From the NCBI GenBank assembly GCA_973895155.1, contig OZ316899.1, positions 8,187,241 to 8,251,240 of the forward strand: a stretch of 64,000 nt of DNA. Direction: 5' to 3'. Made by a program: the position numbers and the translations under genes. This stretch comes from Marsupella aquatica (Eukaryota > Plantae > Marchantiophyta). A model generated the notes under the pieces. The model did no database searches and was not told the DNA's origin. It saw only the letters and a program-made list of their open reading frames with translations. Positions 45,262 to 59,164 of this stretch are shown here, in pieces (within the stretch, counting starts at the first letter, position 1; every line of letters begins with the position of its first letter).

Positions 45262-46651
45262 TGTGGTATGGGTGTCCCTGCAATTTTTTCTGGAAACTTG
45301 TTTATTTTTAGCATATCACAAGATTTACTTACACTTTAGACACCTTCCGGCCAACATTTACTTGTTCTGGACACTTATAGAAATATTTGACATCTCCGGC
45401 TTTCCTGACGATTCCTAGTGTACTTTGCCCGACGCTGTGACCAGCGCCCGTTTCTTTTACTCAAGACGCTGCGGAAGCGTCCAACCTCCTCATGACGCTT
45501 TTGGCAGTGCCCGACCGCCACCAAGACTCTATGAGGATTTCGACCGACGCTGTGGAAAGCGTCAGCTTCAACACACGACGCTGTGAGCAGCGTCCACCCT
45601 AGTATTGACGCTGTGAGCAGTGTGAGCAGCGTCCGTTGGTTTTACTTAAGACGCTTCTAGCAGCGTCCAGATTCTCCCGACGCTTCTAGCAGCGTCCGCT
45701 CAACACTTAGTTTTTGAAGTAGATTACTAGTAAAGTAGTATTCTACCACCCTTGTTGAAGTACTTATGCTGTGCTTCTCCCTTGTTTAGTTTTAAGCTTG
45801 GAAAGGCACGACTGTTCTTACCTCCTCCATTTTAGGATTCCAGCACTTATAAGACAGAGTAGAATGCTCATTTGAAGTAGAGAGAAATAGAGTTAATACT
45901 GTATTCAGAATTGAGTCTTCTGAATAGTTTTCTCCTCCTTCCATTATAACAAGGCATGCTGTGAGTGTTTTGTATGGAAGTAAAGCTATATTGATTGAAG
46001 TTAAGATTGAATTTAAGAGATTCCTGTGGTGATTGAATTCAGTTGCAGATTTCTGAAACTCGTATTGAATTCACTGCTAGGCTTGCTTGCAGAGTCGGGA
46101 TTCGCTAGCCAATTCAAGAATAGTTAATGATAAATGAGAAGTAAATTCTGATTCTCAGAGTAGTTAGTACTGTTGCTTTGATTCTGGAATATGGTTTAGA
46201 GTTTGACTGAATTGCGTATCGCTGATGTCAAACCATGTTGACGGCATTTTAAATCATATCATTCATTTGCAATCAGAAAGCTTCTGCTTCATCAGATTGA
46301 GAATTCCATTATCATTAACCTTTGTGTTTTGAAGAGTGAGATGGATGAATTATGAGATAGATTTCATGTCTATACTGAGCCCAAATCCTTTCTGAAGGAG
46401 TGGCAGTAGCAGTTTGTAGTCTCTAAATCCTTACTCATTTCTTCTCTAATTCATAAATCAGAAGTTCAGTTACTTTGTTGTTTGTTTATTCGATTTTTTT
46501 ATTGAGAAGTGAAGTCAACATAGAGCTCAAGACTCTAAATCACTCGGAGTGATAAAAGTTATACAATTCATTCTGAAATCTGTTCTTAAAGGGATCGAAA
46601 CCCTGGTTTTAGGTGAGGAGAGTCACTTTTGATACTTAGCACTATACGACA
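45262..46651 (+). repeat. 3' LTR of the Athila-like element
   Basis: Direct repeat of 33104-34493, preceded by the PPT. Confidence 0.95.
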
Positions 46652-49600
46652 GGTATGTTTGGATTCCGCCGCCGGAATGATCCCCAACTGGCTTGGGTAA
46701 GCCGCTAAGACCTCTCTCAGCTCGACACATCCAACTCTTACTACCTTGCTTACTCCCTTCTTGGTTGATGTGGACAATCTTCAAACAAGTTAATGCGACA
46801 CACGAATAGCAAAATGACTCCTTCTGACTGAGTTATACCATGCACTTGCCATACAAACAGTACTTCTCATATACAAGATCTGCGAACTAAGCCGTGAGGC
46901 CAACTCTATTCATCTCTTAGGTATGAGGAAACATGAATATACACAAGGGTCACAGTATAACTAACCAAGAGCTTCGTTAACTACTTGATCCCAGCCCTGC
47001 TGGTGCACTAAAAACTTGCTAAGGAAGAAGGCCCTCAACTCCCCGCTGCCCAGGTACTTATCCTGGTAGTGGATCCGCCTAATTCCTTGCAGCATAAGCC
47101 TAATCTACCCTACTATAATCTACCTAACTGTAATCTACCTATGTACAGCGAGGCAGGAGCACAAGTGTTGCTCTTACCAGTGGATCCGCAATCCCACTAA
47201 GCTAAGTGTCAGGGTTGCCTCTTGGTCCTGATCCTAATTCTAAACTTGGAGATCTGAGCCCGCCCTGCCCACTCACGCCTCCTCCCTCCACGTCCGCCCT
47301 CCTTAAAAGGAGCGGCCCTCCACCACCATCATGGCAGCGGTGTCTGGTCCTCAATGGACGCCCCCAACACTTCCTCCGTAGCCACTACCGTAGGTCCGTC
47401 CTCTGACAGATTACCTGCTCCGGACCGAGTCAACTCTCCATCGGCCTGACTGGGTCCATCCTCGGCTTCGGTCTCAGCATCGGCCACGGCCTCCCTGACA
47501 TGGTCATCACCGAGTATCCTGGCCTCGGCTTTGCCATCCCTGCCTTCTAGGGCAGTTGGATCCTCTGCCGTGATCCTGCCTGAGGTTGGTGCTGGGTTTA
47601 CCTCCTTGGTCACGATGGCTTGAGGAGCTGTATTACTCCCTGACCTAGAAGGTTTCCGCTTCTTCTTCTTCTTTGGTTCGGCAGCTGGCCCCTTCCCCTT
47701 GCCACTTACCTCCGGCACCGGTGCAAGTGTCTCGGCTTGTCCTTCGGCCAGTACTACTCCTGGTAACTTGGTTGCCCCAATTGGAGTTGGACCTGAGGAA
47801 GCCAAGCACTTAAATACTGCGGCCTGTTTCTTCAGCCGCTCCGTTTGGTTGTCGGCTCGCCGCTGTAAGTTCTCCATCTTCTGCGTGCTTTCCTCCAACT
47901 CCTCTTGCAATTCATCCAGGTCCTTGCGCGCCTCCTCCCGCTCCTTCTGGGCTTCCTCCAATTCCTCCTTTAAGGTAGCCCTCTCCTCCTGGGTTGCTCT
48001 CAACTCCTTGTCGAGCTCTGTAACGACCTCAGACTCCATTTTATTCATCTTGGCATAAGTCTGGTCGAGCTGGTTGTCTTTCTCGCGGAGGTCGGCCTTG
48101 AAGTTGGCCGTCATGGATGCGAGCTCCTGCCACAGCATGATAATCACCTAATAGGATTTCCCTAACTCGGCCTCCTTCTGCTCAAGGGCTCCGTGGATAT
48201 CCTTGAGTTCCCCCTTCAGCACCCTTTCCCTTCTCTGAGTTTCCGCCATGGCCCGATTGTTGGCTGCTATGTGGGCCTCCTCTGCATCTCTCAGCTCTCG
48301 CTTCCACTTCTCCATTTCTTTGATCGAATCGGCCAGCTCACCTTGGGTCCGAGTCAGTTTATACTTGATAATTTGATTATCAGATTGCGCGGTATCCAAT
48401 TGTCCCTGCATGATGTTGAGCTCATGCCGCTTAATCCGCAGCTCATCTTGGGCTTTCTTGGCCGCCTTCAGGTCTTCTACCTTGGCTTCCCTTGCCCTAA
48501 GCCGATGGATGACCTCGTCCTTCTTGCTTCTCTCCAAAGCCACCGCTTCTTCTAATCGACGCTTCTCCAACATTTCCCTCTGGAAAAAATGTCCCTGCTC
48601 CAACTCCTCCCCAAAGATGCCCAGCGCAAGTTCCCCACACATCTCCCCGTACTCCATGACTCGTTCTTTAGCATAGGCGGAGTGAGTAGAAGTCATCGGC
48701 ATCATCCACCGCGGCCTTTGTTCCCAAGCCGCCTTGCAAATTTCTTCTATCGTGGCTGGCGGGCTGCTTCGTTTTTCTGCAAGCCGTCTGATGTCCTCTG
48801 GCCATTCTCCTCCTGGTAAATCCTTCTCCTTAGCCAGGGCTGCCTCTTCTTCCTCCCTGAGTCGTTCCTGAAACTCCTGTGCCATCTATTTTATGCCGTC
48901 AAAGCTCGGGGGAGCCACATCTGGTGGGGGAGACTCGGGGCTGCTCTGCTGGGTTGGGTCCCCTCAAACTACTCTTGGAAGAGTGGGGATGAACCTGCCT
49001 CAGGTCCTTATTCCTGGAACATGATGGTCCGACCCGTAGCCGGAGTCATCATTGTCGTAGCCTTCTACCGCCTCCTCCTCGGCTTGGACTACCGGCTCCC
49101 CCCGCTGTTGTCCTGGCCTTGCCGTGAACACGGCCTCACAGTTCACGGGTCCTGGTTCCTCCGGCTTCCACGTTGATCTCATCTTCTCCCTGTCGCGACT
49201 AGGAGCTTCGGGCTGCTTTTCCTCGGCTTTGGGACTTGAAGCTCCTACATACATTTGGACTCCCAGCTCGTGTTCCGGCCTCCTTCTCTCCTTGACCCCG
49301 ATAAAGGGGTTTTCCTTGGTAAGTTGGCTAAGGCCGACTTCGGGAGCAGTATTCTGTACCTGTTGCCGTTGCCGTTCTCCTTTCCTTCTCCAGCAATTTC
49401 AGCAGATTCTGCATGCCTGGTTGCTGCATCGATAAGTCCTCCTTCCTTGGCCTAAACACCTGCTCGATTGTAGGACTATCGGGCTGGGTCAGTTTCTCTA
49501 TTGCCGGCCTTGGTTCCGGAACCTCCTCTGGTGCTCTTGCCTGCCGGGGCAGTACCGGGGCAAATATCTGACTTTGGGCATACCGGCACAACAGCGGCAT

Positions 49601-51036
49601 ATGATAATCAAGTCGGGACACGCTTCCCATGCCGATCACCAGCTGTTCCTCCTTCAAGATCTTCTTTAGTTGGGTGAGGAGGTACCCGTTGTAGTCTCGG
49701 CTTGGGTCTGGGCTCTCCGCCAGATAGACCTGTGCCTTGCCGATCTCTGCCCTCGGCAAGTTACAATGCATGGTTACCCGCAAGAAATCAATCATTTCTC
49801 CTATGTGCGGGTTGGTGCAGGTGTTTTGGAAGAAGCCATTCTTTGTTGATGGCCCTGGAAATGACCAGAACTCCCTGTCTGGCAAGGTCTTCCTGGTATC
49901 TACTTCGGCAATCACCCGGGGAGTGAGATAGAAATCCTTGCCATACACCTTTGTGGAATTGGTCTCGGGCTCCCATGATCCCACAAATTCTAGTAAGTCT
50001 GAATCCGGCACCTCCGGCTTTAGCCATGGTAACTTTACGAAGGCTTCCAAGCCGGATCCGGCCATGAAACCTTGGTATTTTCGAGTCTGCATAGCCGTAA
50101 AGCATGCATCCTCCTCCCGTGCAAAGTGTAATTGCACCTCCTCGGGGAGGGTTGTCGCCCAGCCTTTGCAGGTGTCATCTCTTGTTGGAACAGCATTGAC
50201 GGGGTCAACCTCCTCCTCTTTGGCTTCCGCCTGACTCCTACTTCCCTGCTTAGCTGGTTTCCTGGGTGCCGCCAACCTTGTTTGCAGGGGTGGCTTCTTC
50301 GTTGTTGTTCCCTTCCTCTTCATAGCGGCTGCCATGGATGTTTCTCCTAGCACGGTTGCCTTTGTCCACCCCTCCGTGCTACCCTTCAACTCCCAGTGTA
50401 TGTCGTTGTAGTGGTTGATGGCCTCCCGGATGCCGACTATTCTATTCGTCAAGTTCGTCGGCAGTAGGCGTCCACAAGAATTCAGCCGTAATGAGTTCTC
50501 CTCCTAAGAAAGCAGACTTTTGCAGCTCCCATAGCCGAGCGAGCTCCTGCCGTTCTCAAGCCGCTCTCTCTGATTCTTTGTCCTCATAGGTCCCAATGTA
50601 CTCAGTTGCCCGTTCTAACAGGCATCCCCAAAAATGAGCAGCTTGATTGACGTTGCTCATACCCTTCTTGAGTTGATTGTCGGTATCTGCTTCCACCCCG
50701 AGTGCTTGCCTGAGCAGCGGACAGTAGTTGGCCTCCCGTAGTCATCCGCTTGGCTCGTGTTTGCAAATAAGCCGCCATTCCTTGCGCTCGGTCCTTACCC
50801 CCCCCTTGGCTGGTCTTCCTTCCTGTTGGTTACCCATAGCAGCCAGTACTTAGTGCACCCTAACCCTAATCGTGTTCCCTCCCCGGCGTCCTTACTTTCA
50901 GCCTCGGCTCGGGTTCCATAGTCACCCTTAATTGTTTATATTTCCCTATTTTTGCTACTATACTAAGGTGTTTCCTAGGGTACACTCCTAATTTAACTAT
51001 TTAAACTGGCCTAATGATTCTTGGCTAGGCATCATA
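46652..51036 (-). repeat. Main part of the 3' LTR (copy B) of the long-LTR element, containing the decayed accessory ORF (~47329-50920)
   Basis: Colinear with 59403-63845. ORFs 49328..50452, 48148..48885 and 47329..48147 match the copy A and D proteins. Confidence 0.92.
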
Positions 51037-54000
51037 TAGCTCCCCACTTAATTGGGAAGCGTCCTCGCAAACAACTTCATCGTCGTCCATATAGTATTTC
51101 TTGAGGCGGTCGTAATGAACGCGAACTAGGTATATTTCTCCAGTAATGTTGGCCAATTGCACGGAGCCATTGGAGAACTTCATGTTTACCCTAAAGGGTC
51201 CTAACCAGCGAGTGTAAAGTTTACCTGGGAACCTACTATACCTACTATCATAAAGTAATACAAGATCTCCTGTGTGGATACTAACTGGTTTCAATCTTTT
51301 ATCATACTGCTGCTTCATGGTATTCTGTCTATATTCTACTCTCTCAGCTGAAATCATTCTTGCTTCTTCTAAAGCTTCTAATCTATATTCTCGCTCCTTT
51401 AGGCTTTCCTCCTCAGAGACTCTTTCCTCAATTGTAATTTGAGATGTAGGTATCTCAAGTTGCATGGGTACCAGAGCTTCCTGCCCAAAGGTTAAGAAAA
51501 AGGGTGTATGACCGGTAGTGGATTTATAGGCTAAATTGTAAGCAAAAACAACAACAAACAATTTATCATCCCAATCGAGTTTGTTCTGAGCAACAGTCTT
51601 GTTTAATATTTTTCCTATAATCCCATTGGCTTGTTCTGTCAACCCATTTGCCTTTGGGTGGTAAGGAGTAGTAGGTCTATGTCTAACTAAATACTGCTCA
51701 TTTAAACGACTAATTATATCATTCAGAAAATGGGTTCCTCTATCACTAACTAATTCTAGGGGTGCTCCATACCTGGTGAAGATCTGCTCATACATGAATC
51801 GAGCCGTAGTAATTGCATCATCCTTTGTCGTCGGCCTGGCCTCCACCCACTTAGTTGCATAATCCGTGGCCAGGATTATGTACTTGTTTCTTCGAGGATG
51901 GGTCAATGGTTTCAAAGGTCCCATGAAATCAATACCCCACTTCTCGAATGGTACCAGAGGTAGAATAGGGTGCAGAGGATGTCTTGTGGATGCCCTTGGT
52001 CCTCCCGCTCGTTGACAAGGATCGCATTGTTTGATAAACTGATAGACATCTTTGTGCAAGGTGGGCCACCAGTAACCGGCATTTAATATCTTTTTAGACG
52101 TGGTTACTGGAGCAAAATATCCGCCGGCCTCCTCCCCATGCATAGCTCGTAAGACTTGTTTTACCTCTCCCTTCTCCAAACACCTTTGAATTGTGCCGTT
52201 GATTCCATACCTGTGTAGCACACCCTTAATGTACTGATATTGTCTGACCTTCCGCAGAAAGACTACGGCTTGTTCTCGGGTTAGCCCTGGCTGTAATCTG
52301 GACGTGCTGAGAAATTGCAAAATCTCAGGGTACCATGTATTAGCTATTTCCACAACGAATAGCTCTTCGTCGAGAAATTGGTCATCGATGCAATCTGTGG
52401 CAGGTTCACCTGTCATCCTTGAAAAGAAGTCAGCATTGGCGTGTAGCTTTCCCGGCTTGATTTTTAGCTCGTAGTCAAATTCCTATAATAACAAAATCCA
52501 TCTTGCTACCCTGCCTGTAAGGTCCGGCTTATTTACTAGGTACTTCAAACTTTCATGATCGGTATGAAAGATTACTTTGTACCCTAGCAAATAATGTCAA
52601 AACTTTTTACATGAATAAATGACTCCTAAACCTTCTCTTTCTGTGGTGGAGTAGTTCCGTTTGGCATCGGCAAGCTGGCGGCTTGCAAAGTATATGGGAT
52701 GGTCATTTCCTTTCTCATCTAACTGACTTAGTACTGAGCCGATACAGAAACCTGAGACATCTACGAAGACATGAAAATCCTTGTTCCAGTCTGGTGCTAT
52801 CATGACTGGGGCCTCTACTAACTTTTGCTTTAATTCCACCACAGCTGTTACTCTTTCTGCTGTGGGTTCAAAGTCTGCGCCTGCCTTGAGCATGTTGGTT
52901 AATGGTAAAGCTAGCTTGGCAAAATCCTTGATGAACCGGCGATAATACCCAATGCACCCCAAGAAGGATCTCACATCTTTTATGTTTTTAGGTTGCATGA
53001 TATCAAGCCATACTGCTAGCTTACCCTTGTCAATCTCAATGCCCTTCTTCGATACTTTGTGCCCTAGCAGCACACCCTCTATTACTCCAAAGAAACATTT
53101 ATCTGGGTGTAACTTGAGACCTACCTCTCTGCATCTCATGAAGGTCTTCCTTAGGTATTTAGCATGTCTCGATGCTTTCCCAAATACTGCAAAGTCATCA
53201 ATGAAGATTTCCATGAACTTTCTCAAGTAGTCATGGAAAATGTTCACCATTAATCGTTGGAACATAGCTGGTGCGTTGCAGAGTCCAAACGGCATACAAT
53301 TGAAGACATAGATCCCCCATTCCGTGATGAAGGCCGTCTTGATTTGGTCCTCCTGCCTAATCCTGATTTGGTTATAACCAGAGTACCCATCCATGAATGA
53401 GTATAATTCATGACTGGCTACCATGTCTAGTACCATATCAGTAAAGGGTAAAGGAAAATGGTCCTTTAACGTAGCCTCATTCAACTTCCTATAATCCTGA
53501 CAAACCCGGATCTTGGGTTTACCATCGGGTCCAGCTTTCTTGGGAACTATCACAATTGGAGACACCCAGTTTGAATGCAGGACTGGAGTGATGAATCCGG
53601 CTTCCACTAGTTTGTTGATTTCAGTTTTGACCATCAGGGAATACTTAGGGTTCATCCTTCAAATTGGTTGTCAAAATGATTTGGCCCCTAACATGAGATC
53701 AATTTGATGTTCTCCTAATTTTGGGTCTACTCCCTTCAGGTCTTGGTGACTCCATGCGAAGACATCCTGAAATTCAATCAGTAATTCACTGATTTCTTTC
53801 TCAAGCTCAGGTGCTAGGTCCCGTCCCAAGTTCAGTTCCCTTCCTTCTCCTAAGTCGAGCTTTCGGTATTGCCGTGCTTGGATCATATTAATCTGCTTCT
53901 TCAAGTTTGGGTCCAATTCGGCTTCCAGCCTCTCCAGTCTCATACCTCCATAAACTGGAATCTTGGCCGTACTAGCCGAGTCGGTTTCTCCCTGGTTATC

Positions 54001-57000
54001 CGTAGAGTGTCCCCTTGCCGGACTATTTGGTTTTAAATTTGTGGTCGGCTTTCCTTTCGGCCTCGGCTCTGGCTTGTTTTTGTGTATCTCATCCATTCCT
54101 ACCTCTCGAGGGTCAGGTCGCTATGCTCTTTCGGCTTCTAATAGGGCCTCAATTTGTTCTGCCCTTGTAATCGGCTTGTATGCCAATTCCTTGGTATTTA
54201 ATTTATTGCCGATGATAGACGGTGTTGTGGATCCTGCCGGCTTTGCCACAACGCATGAGGAAAATCCACTGGCTTGGGTGCAGCTCCCCACTTAGCCGTT
54301 TCATCCAACTGGTCCACTTTTTGTGCTTCCTCTGGAATTGAAGCTAAAAAGGTGGACTCTATGGCAAAGCAGTCCTCGGTTTTGTCTTCACATTCCTCCA
54401 AGTCACTCTCCATAGGTTCTTGCCATAGTCCGTTGGGGGATACTTCTGGTCCAAAGATACTTTCTTTGGTCAGGTTAGTGAGGCATTCTAGTCAATGTAC
54501 CTCATCTGCTGACTCCAATCCACTGTCATACCCATCTACCTCCCTGATGCTTCTCCTACGATCATCCTTGGTGTCCCAAGATACCGTGATAGCGGGGGTT
54601 CCAAAAGTGAACTCCTTCTTCCCCCAATCTTCTATTACCTTGGCAAGATACAGCCATGGCCTGCCAATCAATAGCCAAAATGACATAGGGTTTACCGGCT
54701 TCATTACTACATAGTTAATGCTAAAAACGATCCCTCCTATCTCAGTCTTGATGCCAGTTAACACTCCCGTGGGAATGACCTGATACCCATTGGCCATGTT
54801 CAACACTCTTCCAGTCATCTCCGGCGTTAGTCCCCGTCCTTTTGCTGTTGAATCAATCATAATACATACCCCTGATCCTCCATCGATGGGTACCCTTAGT
54901 AATATTTCTCCTTGAATCATTAATGGTAGTGCTGGGGCTCCTTGATCTTCTTCTATCATTAGCACGTCGGATCTGGTTGCTACCTTGGGTAATCTCGGCT
55001 TGCCGAGAATGGCCTTCCTTAACTGCTTCCGAAAGTACGGGCTATTTTTCAATAGTTGACCTACTGTTGCCGAGACTCTAGATTCTAGTACATCTTTAGC
55101 CAAGTCATAGGGGACTATCGACTTCTCTTCTGCCGGTGTCTTTATATTGGCTTCGGCCTGTTTTTTCACGCTAGTTTCCACAGCCCTTGGATCCTCCAAA
55201 GCAAACAACGCTTTTGCTCGTTTCACATCCTTGGCTATGGCTTCGATATTCTCCAGGGTTTCCAATTCTCGCAGTTGTTCCTTAACATTAGCCGTAATAG
55301 AGGGGTAAAACAACTTAGGGTGGTCTCGATTGAAGTCGCTCTCCTGTGAAGGATTGGGCTCACTAGTGGGCTCATGGCTTACCTGTGTTGCCGGCACCCT
55401 TCCTTCTCCTTCTGTTGATGTTGACGAAGAGTCGATATTTTCTTCTTTAACCTTCCCCTTATTTTTGGCCAGCCCATCCCCCCTTTCCTTCCTTCTGGTG
55501 GATCGAGTAGAGCCCGGTAGCAATCATGATCCAAATCCTCTTTTGAAAATGTTGATAGGGCCTCGGCCTCATCATCAGATGGTCCAAACTCTGCCTCGAC
55601 ATCCACTTGCCATCCGAGTTTGATGTGGTTGATTTGAACTCCTCCTGGGGTAGTACCCGGAGGCAAAACCTTGACCGGCAAGAGCTTATGATTTCCGGCA
55701 AGTCCTGCCAACCAAGTAGGACATTGTCCTAGCATGTGACCCTCTTGTCGGCATCCCATACATAGCTGAGCTGGTTGTCCATCACCTTGTTTGCGTGCAT
55801 TCGGGCATCTCTAGCAAAATGGCCAGGTTGACCACAATTATAGCATGCCGCAAATCTTTGCACATTCGGCCTAGGAGGTACTGACGGATTCTGAATAATC
55901 CGAGGATACATTTCTCCCGGATTGTTTCTTAATCCTGACCAGAGAGATGCAGGTCGGTTGGATAGGTCTCGTGCTCTTGTCTCACTAATGCCGAAAACAC
56001 TATCAGCGGCATCCCCTAAAAAGTACTCTACTTCTCCCTGACATGGTCTGACCTCAGCCACATGCCGAACATGACTAGTATTAAGTTTAGGACATGCGTC
56101 TTTATGGTGTCCGATTTTATAACATAAGGCACACCATACAGAGCTATCCTTGAGTACTACCTTCTTCTTTGGCTTTACCTCTGCTATTATAGCTTTAAGT
56201 TGCTCAGTAAGAGCTACGATGTTATCTGGCGTTTTAGCTTCTAGCTTGACTTTCAACTTCCCCCTCCTTCTACCCTTCTTTTTCCGAGATTTTTCTTCTT
56301 TAGAACTAGAAGATGACTCACTCTTGCTACTTCCACTATCCGAGCTTGAGTTATCACTTCTTGACTTCTTAGAATGTTTCTTTTTCTTATCTTTTTTCTT
56401 ATGGGGTGATCCTTTCTCTGATGAGGAACTCTCAGACTTAAGCTGTTTCTTCCGGCTTGTGATATCTGCATTAATGTATAATTGAATATCCTTAATTGCC
56501 TCGACTAAAGTCTCTGGGTTCTCCTTCCTAATTGCAAAACTCATCTTCTATGGCAAAGCATTCACTAACCATTGAAGTTGCATACCTTCAGATGCATTGG
56601 TCTTTGTACGTCTTACCAGCTTTTGGAAACGTTGCAAGAACTTTCTGAAGGATTTGTTCTCCTTGAACCAAAGTCATCCCAACTTCAGCACTGCTAGCTC
56701 TGAGGTTCCAATGGGTCAAAAATCCTTTACAAATAGTGATTTGAAGGTATGCCAGATGGCTTGATCTTCCACATCCAATGCTCTGTACCAGGGCCTAGCC
56801 TCACCCTTGAACAGGCCGGGAAGAATCTGCATCTTGATGGCTGATTCTCCATTTGCTGCAGCGGTTCTGTGATGCCTAGCCAGGAATCACTAGGCCGGTT
56901 TACATGGTAAAAGCAGGAATGTACCCTGGAAACACCTTAGTATAGTAACAAGATAAGGAAAATATAAACAATTAAGGGTGACTATGGAACCCGGGCCGAG

Positions 57001-58903
57001 GCCGGAAGTAAGGACGCCAGGGGAGAGAACACGATTAGGGTTAGGGCGCGCTAAGCATCGGTGGCTAGGGTAACCAACGGGAGGGAAGACCAGAGGAGGA
57101 GAGGGATAAGGACCACTCGCGAGGAATGGTGGCTCATTTGCAAGCACGAACTGGGCAGACGACTATTGGAGGCCAAATACTGTCAGCTGCTTAGGCAAGC
57201 ACTCTGGGTGGGAACAGATACCAACAATCGAGTCAAAGAGGGTATGAGCAACGTCAATCAAGCGGCACATTTTTGGGGATGCCTGTTCGAACGGGCAATT
57301 GAGTACATTGGGACTTACGAGGACGAAGAATCGGAGAGAGCAGCTTGAGAACGGCAGGAGCTCGCTCGACTGTGGGAGCTGCATAAGTCTGCCTTCTTAG
57401 GAGGAGAACTCATCAAGGCCGAGTTCTTGTGGACTCCTACTGCCAATCAGCTCGATGACCTTCTGTTTTGCGAAGATAGAATTGTCGGCATTCGGGAAGC
57501 CATCAATTGCTGCAACGACGTGCACTAGGAGTTGAAGGGTAGCACGGAGGGGTGGACAAAGGCAACTGTGCTAGGAGAAACATCCACGGCAGCCGAGATG
57601 AAGAGGAAAGGAAACAACAACGAAGAGGCCACCCCGGAAAAAAGGCCGAGGTCGAGACAACCAGTAATGAAGCCGAGGTACAAGATCCTCCACTAGAACA
57701 TGCCGGGGAGGCCGAAGCCGAGGGTGGACCCAATCAGGCCGATGAAGAGTTGACTCGGTCCGGGGCAGGTAATCTGTCAGAGGACGAACCAACGGCAGTG
57801 GCTGCGGAGGAAGCGTTGGGGGCGTCCATTGAGGACCAGCCACCGGGGTGGTGACGGTGTAAGGGAGCTGTCCCTTTTAGGGAGGGCGGACAAGGAGGTA
57901 GGAGGCGTGAGTGGGCAGGGCAGGCGCTGATCTCCAAGTTTAGACTAAGGATCAGGACCAGGAGACGGCCCTGACACTTAGATTAGTGGGATTGCGGATC
58001 CACAAGTAAGGGCGACACTTGTGCTCCTGCCTCGCTGTACATAGGTAGATTACAGTTAGGTAGATTACAGATAAGTAGATTAGGCTTACGCTGCAAGAAA
58101 TCAGGCGGATCCACAACCAGGATAAGTACCTGGGCTGCGGGGAGTTCAAGGCCTCTTCTTTAGCAAGTTTTTAGTTGCACCAGCAGGGTTGGGATCAAGT
58201 AGTAAGAGAAGCTCTCGGTTAGTTATACAGTGACCCTTGTGTATATTCATGTTTCCTCATGCCTAAGAACTTAATAGAGTTGGCCTCGCGGCTTAGTTTG
58301 TAGAGCTTATGTATGAGATGTACTGTTTGTATGGCAAGTGCATGGTATAACTCAATCAGAAGGAGTCATTTTGCTATTTGTGTGTCGCATTAACTTGTGT
58401 GAAGAGTGCCCACATCAATGAAGGGAAGTAGCAAGGGAGTGAGAGTTGGATGTGTCGAGCTGAGAGAGGTCTTAGCGGCTTAACCAAGCCAATTGGGGAT
58501 CATTCCGGCGGCGGAATCCAAACATACCTAATGGAAGACCAGGAGAGGAATACAAGGGAGGGCCTAGAATAGGCCGGCTAAGTATCTCATGACCCGATGA
58601 AGGATCTGTCCAGTATATGTGTGTAAAATGTTAATAGTAGTAGTAGAGGTGATTAGCAGCATCCCATGCCACTAAGCCACGGAAACGGCCTCGTCAAGGA
58701 TGAAACCTGCGGGAATCGGCTTGTGCGGGGGGGTTTCTTGGGTTTGGGGAGCCATGGGACGCACCACAGGTTCCTTCAAAGTCATCCAACCATTCATCCG
58801 GATCCTCATCTCCTCTTCCATGAAATGCCTTGTAATGAATGCGCGACCGTTGGCTCAGTCTGGTCCTAGGCCTCTCTTCTGGCCGTGCCTCTGGTTCCCC
58901 CAT
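51025..58903 (-). pseudogene. gag-PR-RT-RNase H-INT of the long-LTR element, decayed and interrupted in gag by copy C
   Basis: YKAFHGRGDEDPDEWLDDFEGT|AAANGE (gag, across the insertion), CALCYKIGHHKDAC, VPIDGGSGV (PR), RVCQDYRKLN and FIDDF (RT), WGIDFMGP and SDRGTHF (INT). Confidence 0.92.
56868..58768 (+). mobile_element. Internally deleted solo LTR (copy C, 1.9 kb) of the long-LTR family
   Basis: TGTGATGCCTAGCC..GGACGCACCACA with TSD GGTTC (56863-56867, 58769-58773). Lacks the equivalent of about 26000-28720 of copy A. Confidence 0.9.
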
Positions 58904-59164
58904 GTCGATTGGGGACTCACTTCTCCCTACCGACTCCTCTTCTGGTATGTCTTCTTCGATGCCACTTTCAGTTACGGAGTGACTAGCTCTTTATGCCCCT
59001 CTCAGTCGCTGTGTATCCTGCCTCCTGACGAGCTGCTGCAGACGAGCTCTCTCCCGTTGAGTCGCTCTTTCCTCCCTCAGCATAGTTTCAGTCATTACCT
59101 ACGTTTCCTCCCTAACTTCATATCTCACGGCTTAAGAAATGCCCCCTCCATCTAGCGCCAAAAA

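Larger units (their letters stand above)
33104..46651 (+). mobile_element. Young, apparently intact Athila-like Ty3/gypsy element (13.5 kb)
   Basis: 1,390-bp LTRs at 33104-34493 and 45262-46651, with no differences seen by eye. PBS TGGCGCCGCTGCCGGGGA (tRNA-Asp type) at 34500-34517. PPT at 45244-45260. Flanks are GATAT/GGTAT (empty site GGTAT in copy D). Confidence 0.95.

Noticed and set aside
54486-54494. TGA-CTAG readthrough-like context after the protease of the long-LTR element
   Set aside because: It aligns as EVH*LEC against EVRYLEV in the young element, so it is most simply a TGG>TGA mutation in a decayed copy.
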